Origin: a virus
Taxonomy: Duplodnaviria; Caudoviricetes
Length of the DNA stretch: 27,300 nucleotides
Reading direction: 5' to 3' (one strand)
IMG/VR virus record: IMGVR_UViG_3300005805_000378
Location: 1 to 27,300 of that record
Part shown: positions 16,384 to 24,381 of the stretch, piece by piece
Numbering within the stretch: the first letter of the stretch is position 1
Layout: each line of letters starts with the position of its first letter
Notes under the pieces: generated by a model
What the model was told of the DNA's origin: nothing
What the model saw: only the letters and a program-made list of their open reading frames with translations
Database searches by the model: none
Translations under genes and position numbers: made by a program

Positions 16384-17084
16384 ACGGCTAATTTCCTTGG
16401 TCTACCCCTACGCTTGGGAGCTTCAGCGATAGGTTCTTCAGCAGTAACGTCTTCACCTTCATCTAAACCGTAAGAAAACTCGGTAGAACGGATCACCTCC
16501 TTTCTCTGTGGTCGTAGGTCAATGCCTTCGTTACCTTCCACGCGTTGCATCAACAGCTCCACTTGCTCCCTAAGTTTTGCTGTTTGTGCCTCCGCACGTT
16601 CAAGTTGCTGCTTTAACGTAGTAACTTGATACTGAGATGAGTTGGCTGCATCCATCCAATCCTTAGCCATTTTAATGAAACGGCCTGTTGGTCCGAGCTT
16701 GCGACGAAGCTCATCATGAGCCTCTGCCAACTGTTCTACGGTCTTAAACCCAAGATGCTGCAGCTCTCGCAGGGTGGCACCGTTCATAAGCGGCCACTCA
16801 GCAAGAGGCGTTCCACTTACTACAGGCTCGTTACCAGCCTTAAAAGCGGCGTACAGGTCTGGGTATTCCTCGATATCTTGTGGCTCAATGCGTCTAACAG
16901 TCTCATCTCCACCTGGATACTGAATAGAGATAGACGGAATCTCATCAAAAATTGCTCTACCAGCAGTAAAGCTCTTTTCGCGATTCTCATTGTAAGCATT
17001 GAAAAAACGAACATTTGCACCATGGTATCGGCGACGATTCTGTTGTCGTCCGTTCATAATGGCGTCCCAGTCTATTTGTGGCAT
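16380..17084 (-). CDS. Conserved phage protein with an HhH-like motif, coiled coil and C-terminal AT-hook-like motif
   Basis: 'GTPLAEWP......EL..LGFKTVEQLAE' and terminal 'KRRGRPRK'; strong RBS AGGAG. Confidence 0.75.
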   Translation of the reverse strand: MPQIDWDAIMNGRQQNRRRYHGANVRFFNAYNENREKSFTAGRAIFDEIPSISIQYPGGDETVRRIEPQDIEEYPDLYAAFKAGNEPVVSGTPLAEWPLMNGATLRELQHLGFKTVEQLAEAHDELRRKLGPTGRFIKMAKDWMDAANSSQYQVTTLKQQLERAEAQTAKLREQVELLMQRVEGNEGIDLRPQRKEVIRSTEFSYGLDEGEDVTAEEPIAEAPKRRGRPRKLAV

Positions 17085-17155
17085 ATTTCTCCTATAAAAA
17101 GATTGCCTATGCCTTCTGTATACACCGAAACATAAAACTTGGGATCCTCGTAAAT

Positions 17156-17965
17156 TTATAAGGTTACACCCGTTTTATTAGCCACATGCTTTTCCGCATT
17201 AGTAAGCTCTGCGCCAGCCAGCGTTTTGCTTACAATTATCAACTGATATATTCGTCCGAGGAAAAACAAGGAGGTTCCGGCACGAGATCCAATATACAGC
17301 GAATGATTGCCAAAAGGTCCGGCACCTGTATTTCCTGCTCCGGTAGTCGCCACCTGGACTCCATTTACTCTCAACCTTGCCTGATCTGAAGCTGCGCCAA
17401 GAGCGTATAAACAAGTATTGACGGTAGTAGTAGGAGGGACGCCAACAGCTGCTGAGGTTGAAATAATTCCTAATGTGCCTTTAAGACCTACTCCCCAATT
17501 ATTAGCTCCACCCGAACCTGGAGGATGCGAAAAAGATCCGTTGTTTGTAGGAGAATCAGGACTAAATTCAAAACTTTGCCTCACTGTTCCATCGGCTTTG
17601 TAAGCACCGATGACTGCACTCATCACGCTATAGGCGGTTGCGTTGATAGCAGAGGTGCTGAAAAACGTCTGAGTACCGTCAAATTCGATATATGGCCGTC
17701 CTGCGCCTGTTCGATACTTTGGTCGTTTTGCTGCTGTTGCCTGTGAGGCATGAGCATTGTTTCCGCTCTTGTCTTTTATTAAACCGATTGGATCGTTGTC
17801 TGCTGTTACAGGAATTGTTCCCGCCGCATCTTGAAACATCGAGTTTAAATCAGATGGATCGTACCACACACCCTTTAACCCGCCTGTGAACAAAGTAGCA
17901 GGATTAAACAGCACAGGGTTTATGCAGTCAGCGCCGATAGCGTTTGGCGTAATACCAATGAGCAT
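17156..17965 (-). CDS. Putative head fiber, LamG/ConA-like lectin domain (GhsB analogue)
   Basis: 'WYDPSDL.SMFQDAAGT.PVTA..DP.GL..DKSGN..HA.Q.TA..RP', 'FDG', 'RVNG', 'LYIG.R...F.GRIY'; directly follows the spike base gene. Confidence 0.72.
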   Translation of the reverse strand: MLIGITPNAIGADCINPVLFNPATLFTGGLKGVWYDPSDLNSMFQDAAGTIPVTADNDPIGLIKDKSGNNAHASQATAAKRPKYRTGAGRPYIEFDGTQTFFSTSAINATAYSVMSAVIGAYKADGTVRQSFEFSPDSPTNNGSFSHPPGSGGANNWGVGLKGTLGIISTSAAVGVPPTTTVNTCLYALGAASDQARLRVNGVQVATTGAGNTGAGPFGNHSLYIGSRAGTSLFFLGRIYQLIIVSKTLAGAELTNAEKHVANKTGVTL

Positions 17966-17966
17966 T

Positions 17967-18224
17967 TTAGTACAATGCTACAATAGACGTTGCAGTAGTT
18001 GCCGCCATTACTCGACTGACGAACAACGGAAGAAGCACTCCGGCATTTGGTATTGCAATCGTAACCGCAGCACTATCGTCTACACATTTGATACTAAGAT
18101 TGCCTGTTCCACCTACCCACAAAGCTCTAACGCCTGTAAGGTCTGTTGAGTCAGATGGAGTTACCGCAGCAAGGCGTCGAGCGGAAAACAATGCGGTAGG
18201 ATTAGAGGGTGTAAAATCTGGCAT
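17967..18224 (-). CDS. Head spike base protein (RcGTA Rcc01079/GhsA-like)
   Basis: 85 aa with 'AVTPSD.TDL...RALWVG.TGNL....D....VT.....G.LLP..V.RV.A.TTAT.IVALY', the Rcc01079-family pattern as I recall it. Confidence 0.82.
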   Translation of the reverse strand: MPDFTPSNPTALFSARRLAAVTPSDSTDLTGVRALWVGGTGNLSIKCVDDSAAVTIAIPNAGVLLPLFVSRVMAATTATSIVALY

Positions 18225-18234
18225 AAATCACCTT

Positions 18235-18263
18235 AAAAAACGGGGAGCTGTACGAGCCTCCCC
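18235..18263 (-). terminator. Intrinsic terminator
   Basis: Minus strand reads GGGGAGGCT-CGTAC-AGCTCCCC-GTTTTTT (stem with a one-base bulge), just after the stop at 18270. Confidence 0.8.
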
Positions 18264-18269
18264 ATCTTG

Positions 18270-18575
18270 TTATAGAGCCTTCGTAAACTTGAGGTAGAAA
18301 AAAGACGTTCCGTTTGACACAACTACGAAGCAGTTAGTGTCAGCATCGTTATCTTTTACTACGCCTACAAATCCACTTCCTACTGTAGCCGGAGTACCAA
18401 ACGAGGTAGTAAGCTCTGCAGCAGTAGGAGTTGTATCGTTTACGTTGTTGATTGCTTGCTTAGTGCGCACACCAGCAGCCGTAGCGTTTACGACAGCAGA
18501 ATTAACTCCGTCGCAAATCTGCACAGCTTGCTCAGGTGGCAAACCAAGTCCAATAAGGTTTGTAACTGTTGGCAT
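18270..18575 (-). CDS. Small structural protein (possible minor capsid/decoration)
   Basis: 101 aa, beta-rich, starting 'MPTVTNLIGLGLPPEQA'; RBS GAGG; lies in the head module. Confidence 0.65.
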   Translation of the reverse strand: MPTVTNLIGLGLPPEQAVQICDGVNSAVVNATAAGVRTKQAINNVNDTTPTAAELTTSFGTPATVGSGFVGVVKDNDADTNCFVVVSNGTSFFYLKFTKAL

Positions 18576-18585
18576 AAATTCCTCG

Positions 18586-18612
18586 AAAAAAAGCGGGGTA
18601 TTTCTACCCCGC
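18586..18612 (-). terminator. Intrinsic terminator with GNRA tetraloop
   Basis: Minus strand reads GCGGGGTA-GAAA-TACCCCGC-TTTTTTT: a perfect 8-bp stem plus U7, after the capsid and decoration genes. Confidence 0.92.
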
Positions 18613-18619
18613 CTTAACC

Positions 18620-19108
18620 TTAGTTAACCGTGAGGTAGCCAGTTGATTTAAGCTCAACAGTGCTTGCTCCAGTAACGGTCGTAAGTCCTACGACGTTCTT
18701 GATAAGCGTTGTCGAAGTATCATCAGCTACGCCATCGGTGGCTGTGGTGTTGAGGTTAGCATCAGCAGCATAGCTTGCAGCTACTTTGCCTTTGATACCT
18801 GTACCAACTCCTCCTCCACCAACTCCTCCAACCCATACCCAAAGGTACTCGTTGTCGGCAGCGGCAACCTGAGCAACACCTACCTGAAGGTTGTTTGAAC
18901 CTGCATTGGTAGTTGTAAGCTCGTCAGCTTGACCATCGTCAGAAATCTTGACGAAAGCATACTGAGCGATTGCGCCATCGGCCTGAACGAACAAGAAAGT
19001 TCCTTCTGGACACGAACCTGTGTCACCAATTTTAGCTGGCAACGAAGGAACTGTCGAAGCATCGAAAGCCTTCTTGTAATTTACTCCAAATGATCCTGAA
19101 CCTGACAT
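18620..19108 (-). CDS. Capsid decoration/cement protein
   Basis: 162 aa, Ala/Gly/Thr-rich, with 'G.F.FVQA...I..Y', 'VGVAQVA.A..EY.WV...G'; immediately after the MCP and before a strong terminator. Confidence 0.72.
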   Translation of the reverse strand: MSGSGSFGVNYKKAFDASTVPSLPAKIGDTGSCPEGTFLFVQADGAIAQYAFVKISDDGQADELTTTNAGSNNLQVGVAQVAAADNEYLWVWVGGVGGGGVGTGIKGKVAASYAADANLNTTATDGVADDTSTTLIKNVVGLTTVTGASTVELKSTGYLTVN

Positions 19109-19126
19109 ATTCTGTTTCTCCTACAA

Positions 19127-20083
19127 TTAAGCGTAAATAACAGCCTGAAGTGCAGGTGCGGCGCAGCAGAGGTTTCCTTCAACGATGATAACCGTGAAGA
19201 AAGCATCCTGATCCACTGGACGGTTCATCTCTGGAGCGAGAGGCTTGAAGTCAGCTCCTCGTACCATATCGAATGTCCAGTACTTCGTGTTGAGAAGGCG
19301 GCAGCTATTGGTCTCAAGAACCGCAGAGCCGTATCCACCGTCAAACACGAAATCGCAACCGTCATAGCTGAGAACACGGAAACCAGCGACAGCCTTCTTT
19401 GTCGGAAGCTGAATACGCTGAATAGCCGTGAGAGAGCTGTGAAGGTATTTCCAAGCTGTTCGGTCCATGAGACCAAGGTCCGGCTGCTCATCGCCACGAG
19501 TGATCTGGCTGATAGCATCGGTGATCTGCTCCTGAACATTTGACGCAGACAATGTTACGTTAACCGCAAGATTGCGCGCAAAAGCGTTAGAAGTACGATC
19601 AATGGTTCCATAAGTACCAGACGAAGGTGAGGTCGAAACCGCCTTCTTGATACCGTCGAACTCAAGTCCTCCAGAGCCAGTTCCGTCGCCGCGAAGCGAG
19701 GTCGACACTGTGTTCTTAAGACGAGCGATTGACGCATTCATCTTCGACTCAACGAGGTCAAGAAGCTGTGCCTGATCTCGGTTAGCTCGTCGCTCACGAC
19801 CAGAGATAGCTACAGGCTCATAAACCTGCTTGATCGCAAATCGGAACGCCGTAAGGTCGTCGATTGCATCAAGGTTGAATGAAGAATAACCGGAGTAGAA
19901 ACCTCCCTGTGCGCTATCATTGTACATGATAGGCTTGCGAAGCTCATATCCACCGGAGAACCTACGAATAAGACCCTGAGCATCCAGAGCTTTCATAAGC
20001 GGATTGTGGTGCAAAACCTCGTCCGCAATGCTGTCGCTCTGGTCAAACAGGGTCGCTACTACTGCTTCCTCTAAATTTGCCAT
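19127..20083 (-). CDS. Major capsid protein (HK97 fold)
   Basis: 'ATL......IAD.V..HNPL..L.......SGG..L..PI.Y', 'G.SGG..FDG', 'YG.IDR'; follows the scaffold. ATG at 20083 has an AAAAGGA RBS. Confidence 0.9.
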   Translation of the reverse strand: MANLEEAVVATLFDQSDSIADEVLHHNPLMKALDAQGLIRRFSGGYELRKPIMYNDSAQGGFYSGYSSFNLDAIDDLTAFRFAIKQVYEPVAISGRERRANRDQAQLLDLVESKMNASIARLKNTVSTSLRGDGTGSGGLEFDGIKKAVSTSPSSGTYGTIDRTSNAFARNLAVNVTLSASNVQEQITDAISQITRGDEQPDLGLMDRTAWKYLHSSLTAIQRIQLPTKKAVAGFRVLSYDGCDFVFDGGYGSAVLETNSCRLLNTKYWTFDMVRGADFKPLAPEMNRPVDQDAFFTVIIVEGNLCCAAPALQAVIYA

Positions 20084-20136
20084 TTTTGTTGTCCTTTTTA
20101 AGTTTGTTACGAAGAACAACTAAAAATAGCTACGCG

Positions 20137-21228
20137 CTATTCGCCGTTAAAACGACGGCGTAAGTTGTCCCTCAAGTTTTTTATTTCTGCTCTGGGAGTC
20201 CCCGAACCAGCGGAGCCAGATATTGTCTTCGAAGCCGCTTTTGCTTTTTGAGCCACGGCCTGTTTTTGTTCTACCATCGGCCTTGCAGTCATTGCGGATT
20301 GCAGACTGGAAAAGGTCGGATTGCCAGCCACTACATAGTTGTAGGCAGTTTCCAGGATCTCTTCGGGAGAGCTGTACTTGCCTGTGCTAGAGAGCGCACT
20401 TACTATCGGTGCCATCTCAGCCTCTAACTGCGAGGCTGTTTCTGGGTCGCGAAAAAGTGGCTTGGCTGCTACAAAAGATTGTACAACCCGCTCATTATAA
20501 TAAGCAACGGCAGATTGTTTTTGCTCTTCCTGCTGCTGTTCAAACAAGGCTCGCGCCTTTTCCTCGGCAATTCTTTCTGCCTGCTCCCTGGTTAGGTAGT
20601 TGGCAGGAGGCTGCTGTGTTCCGTCTGTTGGAGTAGCTGTTCGGCCTTTGAGGTCTTCTAGGCTAAGTCCGTAAGAATCCAGCCACTCAAGAGCAGTCTC
20701 TACGGGGTTGGACTGCATCGCTCGGTCCCAGGCAATAGACCGCTTGGTGAGGTCTCCAATGTTAATTCCCTTCCTAGCGTAGTCTTCCTCGTACTCCTTA
20801 ATAGTATCGTATACAGACGAGGTTTTCTTTCTAAGGTCTTCAACTTCCTGCATTTTACGCTGATAGTCCGTGCGAGTCTCATAGGCTCGTCGGTTCATGT
20901 ACTGCTGCAGAATGTGAGCATTTTCTGCCGTTGGGTTAAGGAATGCCTCCTTTTCCAGCTTGTTCATGTCGGCAGGAGGGACAAGCGGAATTCGCTCGAC
21001 AGCAGGTGTCTCAACTGGTGCTACAGGTTCTTGCGCTTCGACAGGTTCTGCTGAGGTCTCTGTCTCAACCTCCTCCACAGCCTCCTCAACCTCTTCAGCC
21101 TCTTCTACTGCTGCTGGTACCTGTGGCTCTACGTCTATGTTTTTAGCGGCCAAGGAACGGCTTATGGCCTCTCTGAGCGGCTGTCGTTCTTCCTGTGTAT
21201 CCTCTACCTGATTCTCTACGTTATCCAT
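20137..21228 (-). CDS. Capsid scaffolding protein
   Basis: Acidic disordered N-terminus, coiled coils and a basic C-terminus ('AQKAKAASKTISGS...LRDNLRR'); directly upstream of the MCP. Confidence 0.8.
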   Translation of the reverse strand: MDNVENQVEDTQEERQPLREAISRSLAAKNIDVEPQVPAAVEEAEEVEEAVEEVETETSAEPVEAQEPVAPVETPAVERIPLVPPADMNKLEKEAFLNPTAENAHILQQYMNRRAYETRTDYQRKMQEVEDLRKKTSSVYDTIKEYEEDYARKGINIGDLTKRSIAWDRAMQSNPVETALEWLDSYGLSLEDLKGRTATPTDGTQQPPANYLTREQAERIAEEKARALFEQQQEEQKQSAVAYYNERVVQSFVAAKPLFRDPETASQLEAEMAPIVSALSSTGKYSSPEEILETAYNYVVAGNPTFSSLQSAMTARPMVEQKQAVAQKAKAASKTISGSAGSGTPRAEIKNLRDNLRRRFNGE

Positions 21229-21544
21229 TTGCTCTGTCCCTTACTTGTTTCATAAAATTAGCGACTACAGCCTTTTCCCGTGCGGCACTGTCCTTTTCAG
21301 GGTTGTACCCACGGTCGTATGAGTCACCTACTTCTATTGCGCCAGCAGCCTTATATGCCGCTCGCAGTTTACTTTTGCTTGTGTAAATTTCTTTTGGGTT
21401 TAGTGGGTTTCTGGTGGGAGGCATCTCATCGTGGATAAAGTTATGTGCTGCGTTGGCATGCACACGGACCATAACCTCATCAACTGGAACCACTTTTTCT
21501 TGTATCGGACACCATTGGAATAGTTTGTACTTACTCATACTCAT
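21221..21544 (-). CDS. Conserved phage hypothetical protein (head module)
   Basis: 'TSKSKLRAAYKAAGAIEVGD' resembles small proteins found between portal and scaffold; start is 21544 or 21538. Confidence 0.7.
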   Translation of the reverse strand: MSMSKYKLFQWCPIQEKVVPVDEVMVRVHANAAHNFIHDEMPPTRNPLNPKEIYTSKSKLRAAYKAAGAIEVGDSYDRGYNPEKDSAAREKAVVANFMKQVRDRANG

Positions 21545-21851
21545 CCAAGATTAAAACCATCATGAGCAGGCGAACTCTCTTAACTCGTTCTTTTCCTGCG
21601 ACCTCATCAGCCTTTGGCGTGTCAAACAGCTTGTCCTGCAACACATTGGCTAATTTAATCTTATTTATTTCTTGAGGTATTACTATATCCTTTTGACGCT
21701 TTTTAAGGAGTTGAGCCGCTAATTCCTCTTCAAGTAGCTCGTCCTCGCGTTTTCTACGACGCCTCCTGTATACATCAAGAATATCGCTTGTGTCTTTAGT
21801 TTCTGTGACACCGCCATACTGCTTTGGGTTTAGCAGGAGTAAGAGACTCAT
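21531..21851 (-). CDS. Hypothetical protein (106 aa)
   Basis: ATGA-coupled to the tail-collar gene; highly charged (RRRRRKREDE). Confidence 0.65.
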   Translation of the reverse strand: MSLLLLLNPKQYGGVTETKDTSDILDVYRRRRRKREDELLEEELAAQLLKKRQKDIVIPQEINKIKLANVLQDKLFDTPKADEVAGKERVKRVRLLMMVLILDEYE

Positions 21852-22486
21852 GCTGCCTTTATGATGTAGTTCACCACAAGATAAGGTGGATTTTGAGTAC
21901 CGGACGTCATAGCAGCGTTACCGTCAACGCCACCTGTTACGAGACCTATTTTGCCAGCGAAATTGCCACTACCGTGAGTGTGATTTGGGGTACTATGAGT
22001 ATGAAAGGCACTCCGGCCACCAGAGGTCGTGCTGCCGCTAATAGTATATCCAGCAGATCCTCCTACTACTGACCATCCATAAACAACACTACTCGATGCG
22101 ATTCCAACTGAGTGCGTATGATCAGGTGAATCATTGCCTGTAGTTCCGCTACCAGAACTTGTAATGTTTAGGTCTGCACCAGTACCCATGCCGTGATAAT
22201 GAGCAGGAACGCTATGCGTATGATCTACAGTGCCGCCTGTTCCAGCAAGGGTATTGCCTGTACCTGATGCTGATTTACCCATTGGAAACCGTTGACGGAG
22301 GTCTGGCAGATTAAACGTGGTAGTTCCATTACCAACGCCATAAGTAGTTCCAAGCACCGCAAATAGTTTTGCATAATCGCTTCTGGATACTGCTGTTCCA
22401 TCACAAATAAGCCAGTTTGCTGGTGCTGTATTTGTATACCAGATCATTCCAGCGCCAACAGGAGTATCTCCACCAAAGACAGGCAT
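21848..22486 (-). CDS. Phage tail collar domain fiber protein
   Basis: 'PVG.......AP.NWLICDG.AVSR.DY.KLFAVLGTTYG.GNG.TTFNLPDLR.RFP.G', several HxH motifs, and C-terminal 'PPYLVVNYIIK'. Confidence 0.9.
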   Translation of the reverse strand: MPVFGGDTPVGAGMIWYTNTAPANWLICDGTAVSRSDYAKLFAVLGTTYGVGNGTTTFNLPDLRQRFPMGKSASGTGNTLAGTGGTVDHTHSVPAHYHGMGTGADLNITSSGSGTTGNDSPDHTHSVGIASSSVVYGWSVVGGSAGYTISGSTTSGGRSAFHTHSTPNHTHGSGNFAGKIGLVTGGVDGNAAMTSGTQNPPYLVVNYIIKAA

Positions 22487-24378
22487 TAGCTGATCTCCGT
22501 AACTCTCATGCTGCCAGTTGGTGACGTATCCCAGATAGCATCAATAGCACCTGTGTAAACTGGCACCGGAAGCTCTAAGGTTTGGCCTGGCGTTAGCTTA
22601 TATGAAAAACTCGTCGTGCTTGCCGTTGCGCCAAGTTTTACATAAGCGTTCTTGTCGGTGTCATTCACCATAATTGCCATGCGACGATTAGCGTTGCTGG
22701 CTAGGATGCTTGTACTTACAGCCGCAGAAACTACGCTGGTGACTGAGCTGCTTGAGTACGTTTTGATTGCTACATCTGGAAGTGTCAGTACATCAACGTC
22801 ACCGATATTGTTAGTGCCAGCAGGAAGTGCCGTGTTGACTGTAACGTTCCAGGTGCCTGATTGCGTAGCTGCAACTGTGCCATCAACGGTAATAGAACCG
22901 CCATTGTCTGAAACAGGAATTGCTGACGTAAAAGGATTAGTTTGAGACGCAAGTGTGACGTTTGGTAAGGTCAAAACATCCACATCACCAATGTTATTTG
23001 TGCCAGATGGTAGTGGTGCGCCAATAGTTACAGAGTTAGTGTTGCAAGCAGTAATCTTACCATCAATGCTTTGTAGCGTTGACTCAGTAGCCTTTGCAGC
23101 AAGTGTGCTTTCTGTCGCTGCGCCTGTTGGCAACGTAACAGTGCCAGTAATGTTGTTAATGTTCCAGGTGCCTGATTGTGTTGCCGCAACCGTTCCATCA
23201 ATCGTAATTGACCCACCGTTATCGGACACAGGCACAGCAGTTTGATCGCTCGCAATAACAACTGGCAAGCTGTTTGCCATCGTGTTCTGACCGACAACGC
23301 CAGTAATGTCGCCAATGGCAGTAATAAGCGAACCGGACGGATTTACCTTTACGTTGTAGTACGTACCGCCACCGGTGCTTGAACGACCTGTAATAACTGA
23401 GCGTGTAAGATTTGCCAGACTATAATCTGTCAGTGTTTCTGTGATTGGATTGTAGTCAGAGGTTGTTCCTGCTGCCCAACACGCCGTGTAAATTGAAAGG
23501 TCTGTAACTCCATCGGCGCTTTTTACGCACTCAATCTTCATTGGAAGATTTGGCGTTTGTATCGACGGTGCAAGCTGACTGTTTGGGATGCGAATAGTGT
23601 GAAACGTTACCCACTTTGCATCTGGACTAAAGACCTCAAAGATAAACGAAGCAGATCCAAGCCACGCAAAACGAATACGATAAAGGTTGGAGTAGGTGAG
23701 ATTAATAGCCTCTGGTGTGCCAGCACGAGTAAAGATAGACCCAACAGACCCATCGAGAGGGTCGCCGTTCCAACTTGCTCGTGCAATCGTTGTGTCAACT
23801 GCTCCAGAGCGTAGCGTTACGCCAAAAGATGTACCTTCATATCCAATGAACGCACCGTTGTCAGCATCATAAATACCAATGCGCTGGAATGAATTTGCTA
23901 CGCCTGTCGTAAATGCTGCTGTAAAAAACGCATACTCTTCGTGCGCAGGTCTGTAGTTGCATTTGTATACTGACTCGCCTCGTGCAGCGCCGTTTACATT
24001 TGTCCCTGTACGATAACGAGCGTGACCACCAGAGATTGTAGCAGAACCACCAGCAGCAGTAGTGTTTGTAATAAGGTTAGTGTCAAACGAGTCAAAGAAA
24101 CTTAACTCGATTTCATTGTTACGACGACCTGCAACGCTTACACCAAGAATGTCAGAATTGGTTGTAATGTTAAAATACAACCCACCAGCAATCGCAGCGT
24201 TAATACTTTGAAGAGTGGTCTCAGTCGCAAAGTCTGGCGTTGTGAGACTTTCAGTTCCTGCGCCACCCCAATCGACTGCCATTACCTGAACCTGCTCGCC
24301 ACCCTTGTCGAGTGTGCGAACAGGTATATCAGTGTTGATACTGGTGGGTGAGTTGGAGACGGTTACGTTGTCTGCCAC
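22486..24378 (-). CDS. Repeat-containing fiber/spike-like structural protein
   Basis: 630 aa, Thr/Ser/Gly-rich: lectin-like beta-sandwich N-half ('YRP...RIG.YD..NG.F...WNGDPLDG...WLG'), internal repeats, and a C-terminal beta domain ('ANRR...VND'). Confidence 0.7.
   Translation of the reverse strand: MADNVTVSNSPTSINTDIPVRTLDKGGEQVQVMAVDWGGAGTESLTTPDFATETTLQSINAAIAGGLYFNITTNSDILGVSVAGRRNNEIELSFFDSFDTNLITNTTAAGGSATISGGHARYRTGTNVNGAARGESVYKCNYRPAHEEYAFFTAAFTTGVANSFQRIGIYDADNGAFIGYEGTSFGVTLRSGAVDTTIARASWNGDPLDGSVGSIFTRAGTPEAINLTYSNLYRIRFAWLGSASFIFEVFSPDAKWVTFHTIRIPNSQLAPSIQTPNLPMKIECVKSADGVTDLSIYTACWAAGTTSDYNPITETLTDYSLANLTRSVITGRSSTGGGTYYNVKVNPSGSLITAIGDITGVVGQNTMANSLPVVIASDQTAVPVSDNGGSITIDGTVAATQSGTWNINNITGTVTLPTGAATESTLAAKATESTLQSIDGKITACNTNSVTIGAPLPSGTNNIGDVDVLTLPNVTLASQTNPFTSAIPVSDNGGSITVDGTVAATQSGTWNVTVNTALPAGTNNIGDVDVLTLPDVAIKTYSSSSVTSVVSAAVSTSILASNANRRMAIMVNDTDKNAYVKLGATASTTSFSYKLTPGQTLELPVPVYTGAIDAIWDTSPTGSMRVTEIS
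22777..23232 (-). repeat. Interleaved peptide repeats A-B-A-B within the fiber gene
   Basis: A = PVSDNGGSIT[IV]DGTVAATQSGTWN at 23161-23232 and 22846-22917; B = LP[SA]GTNNIGDVDVLTLP at 22963-23013 and 22777-22827. Confidence 0.9.
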
Positions 24379-24381
24379 GGC

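Noticed and set aside
22777-23232. Repeats as a possible DGR template/variable pair or CRISPR array
   Set aside because: Differences are mostly synonymous rather than adenine-specific, there is no reverse transcriptase or cas gene in the window, and no repeat-spacer periodicity.
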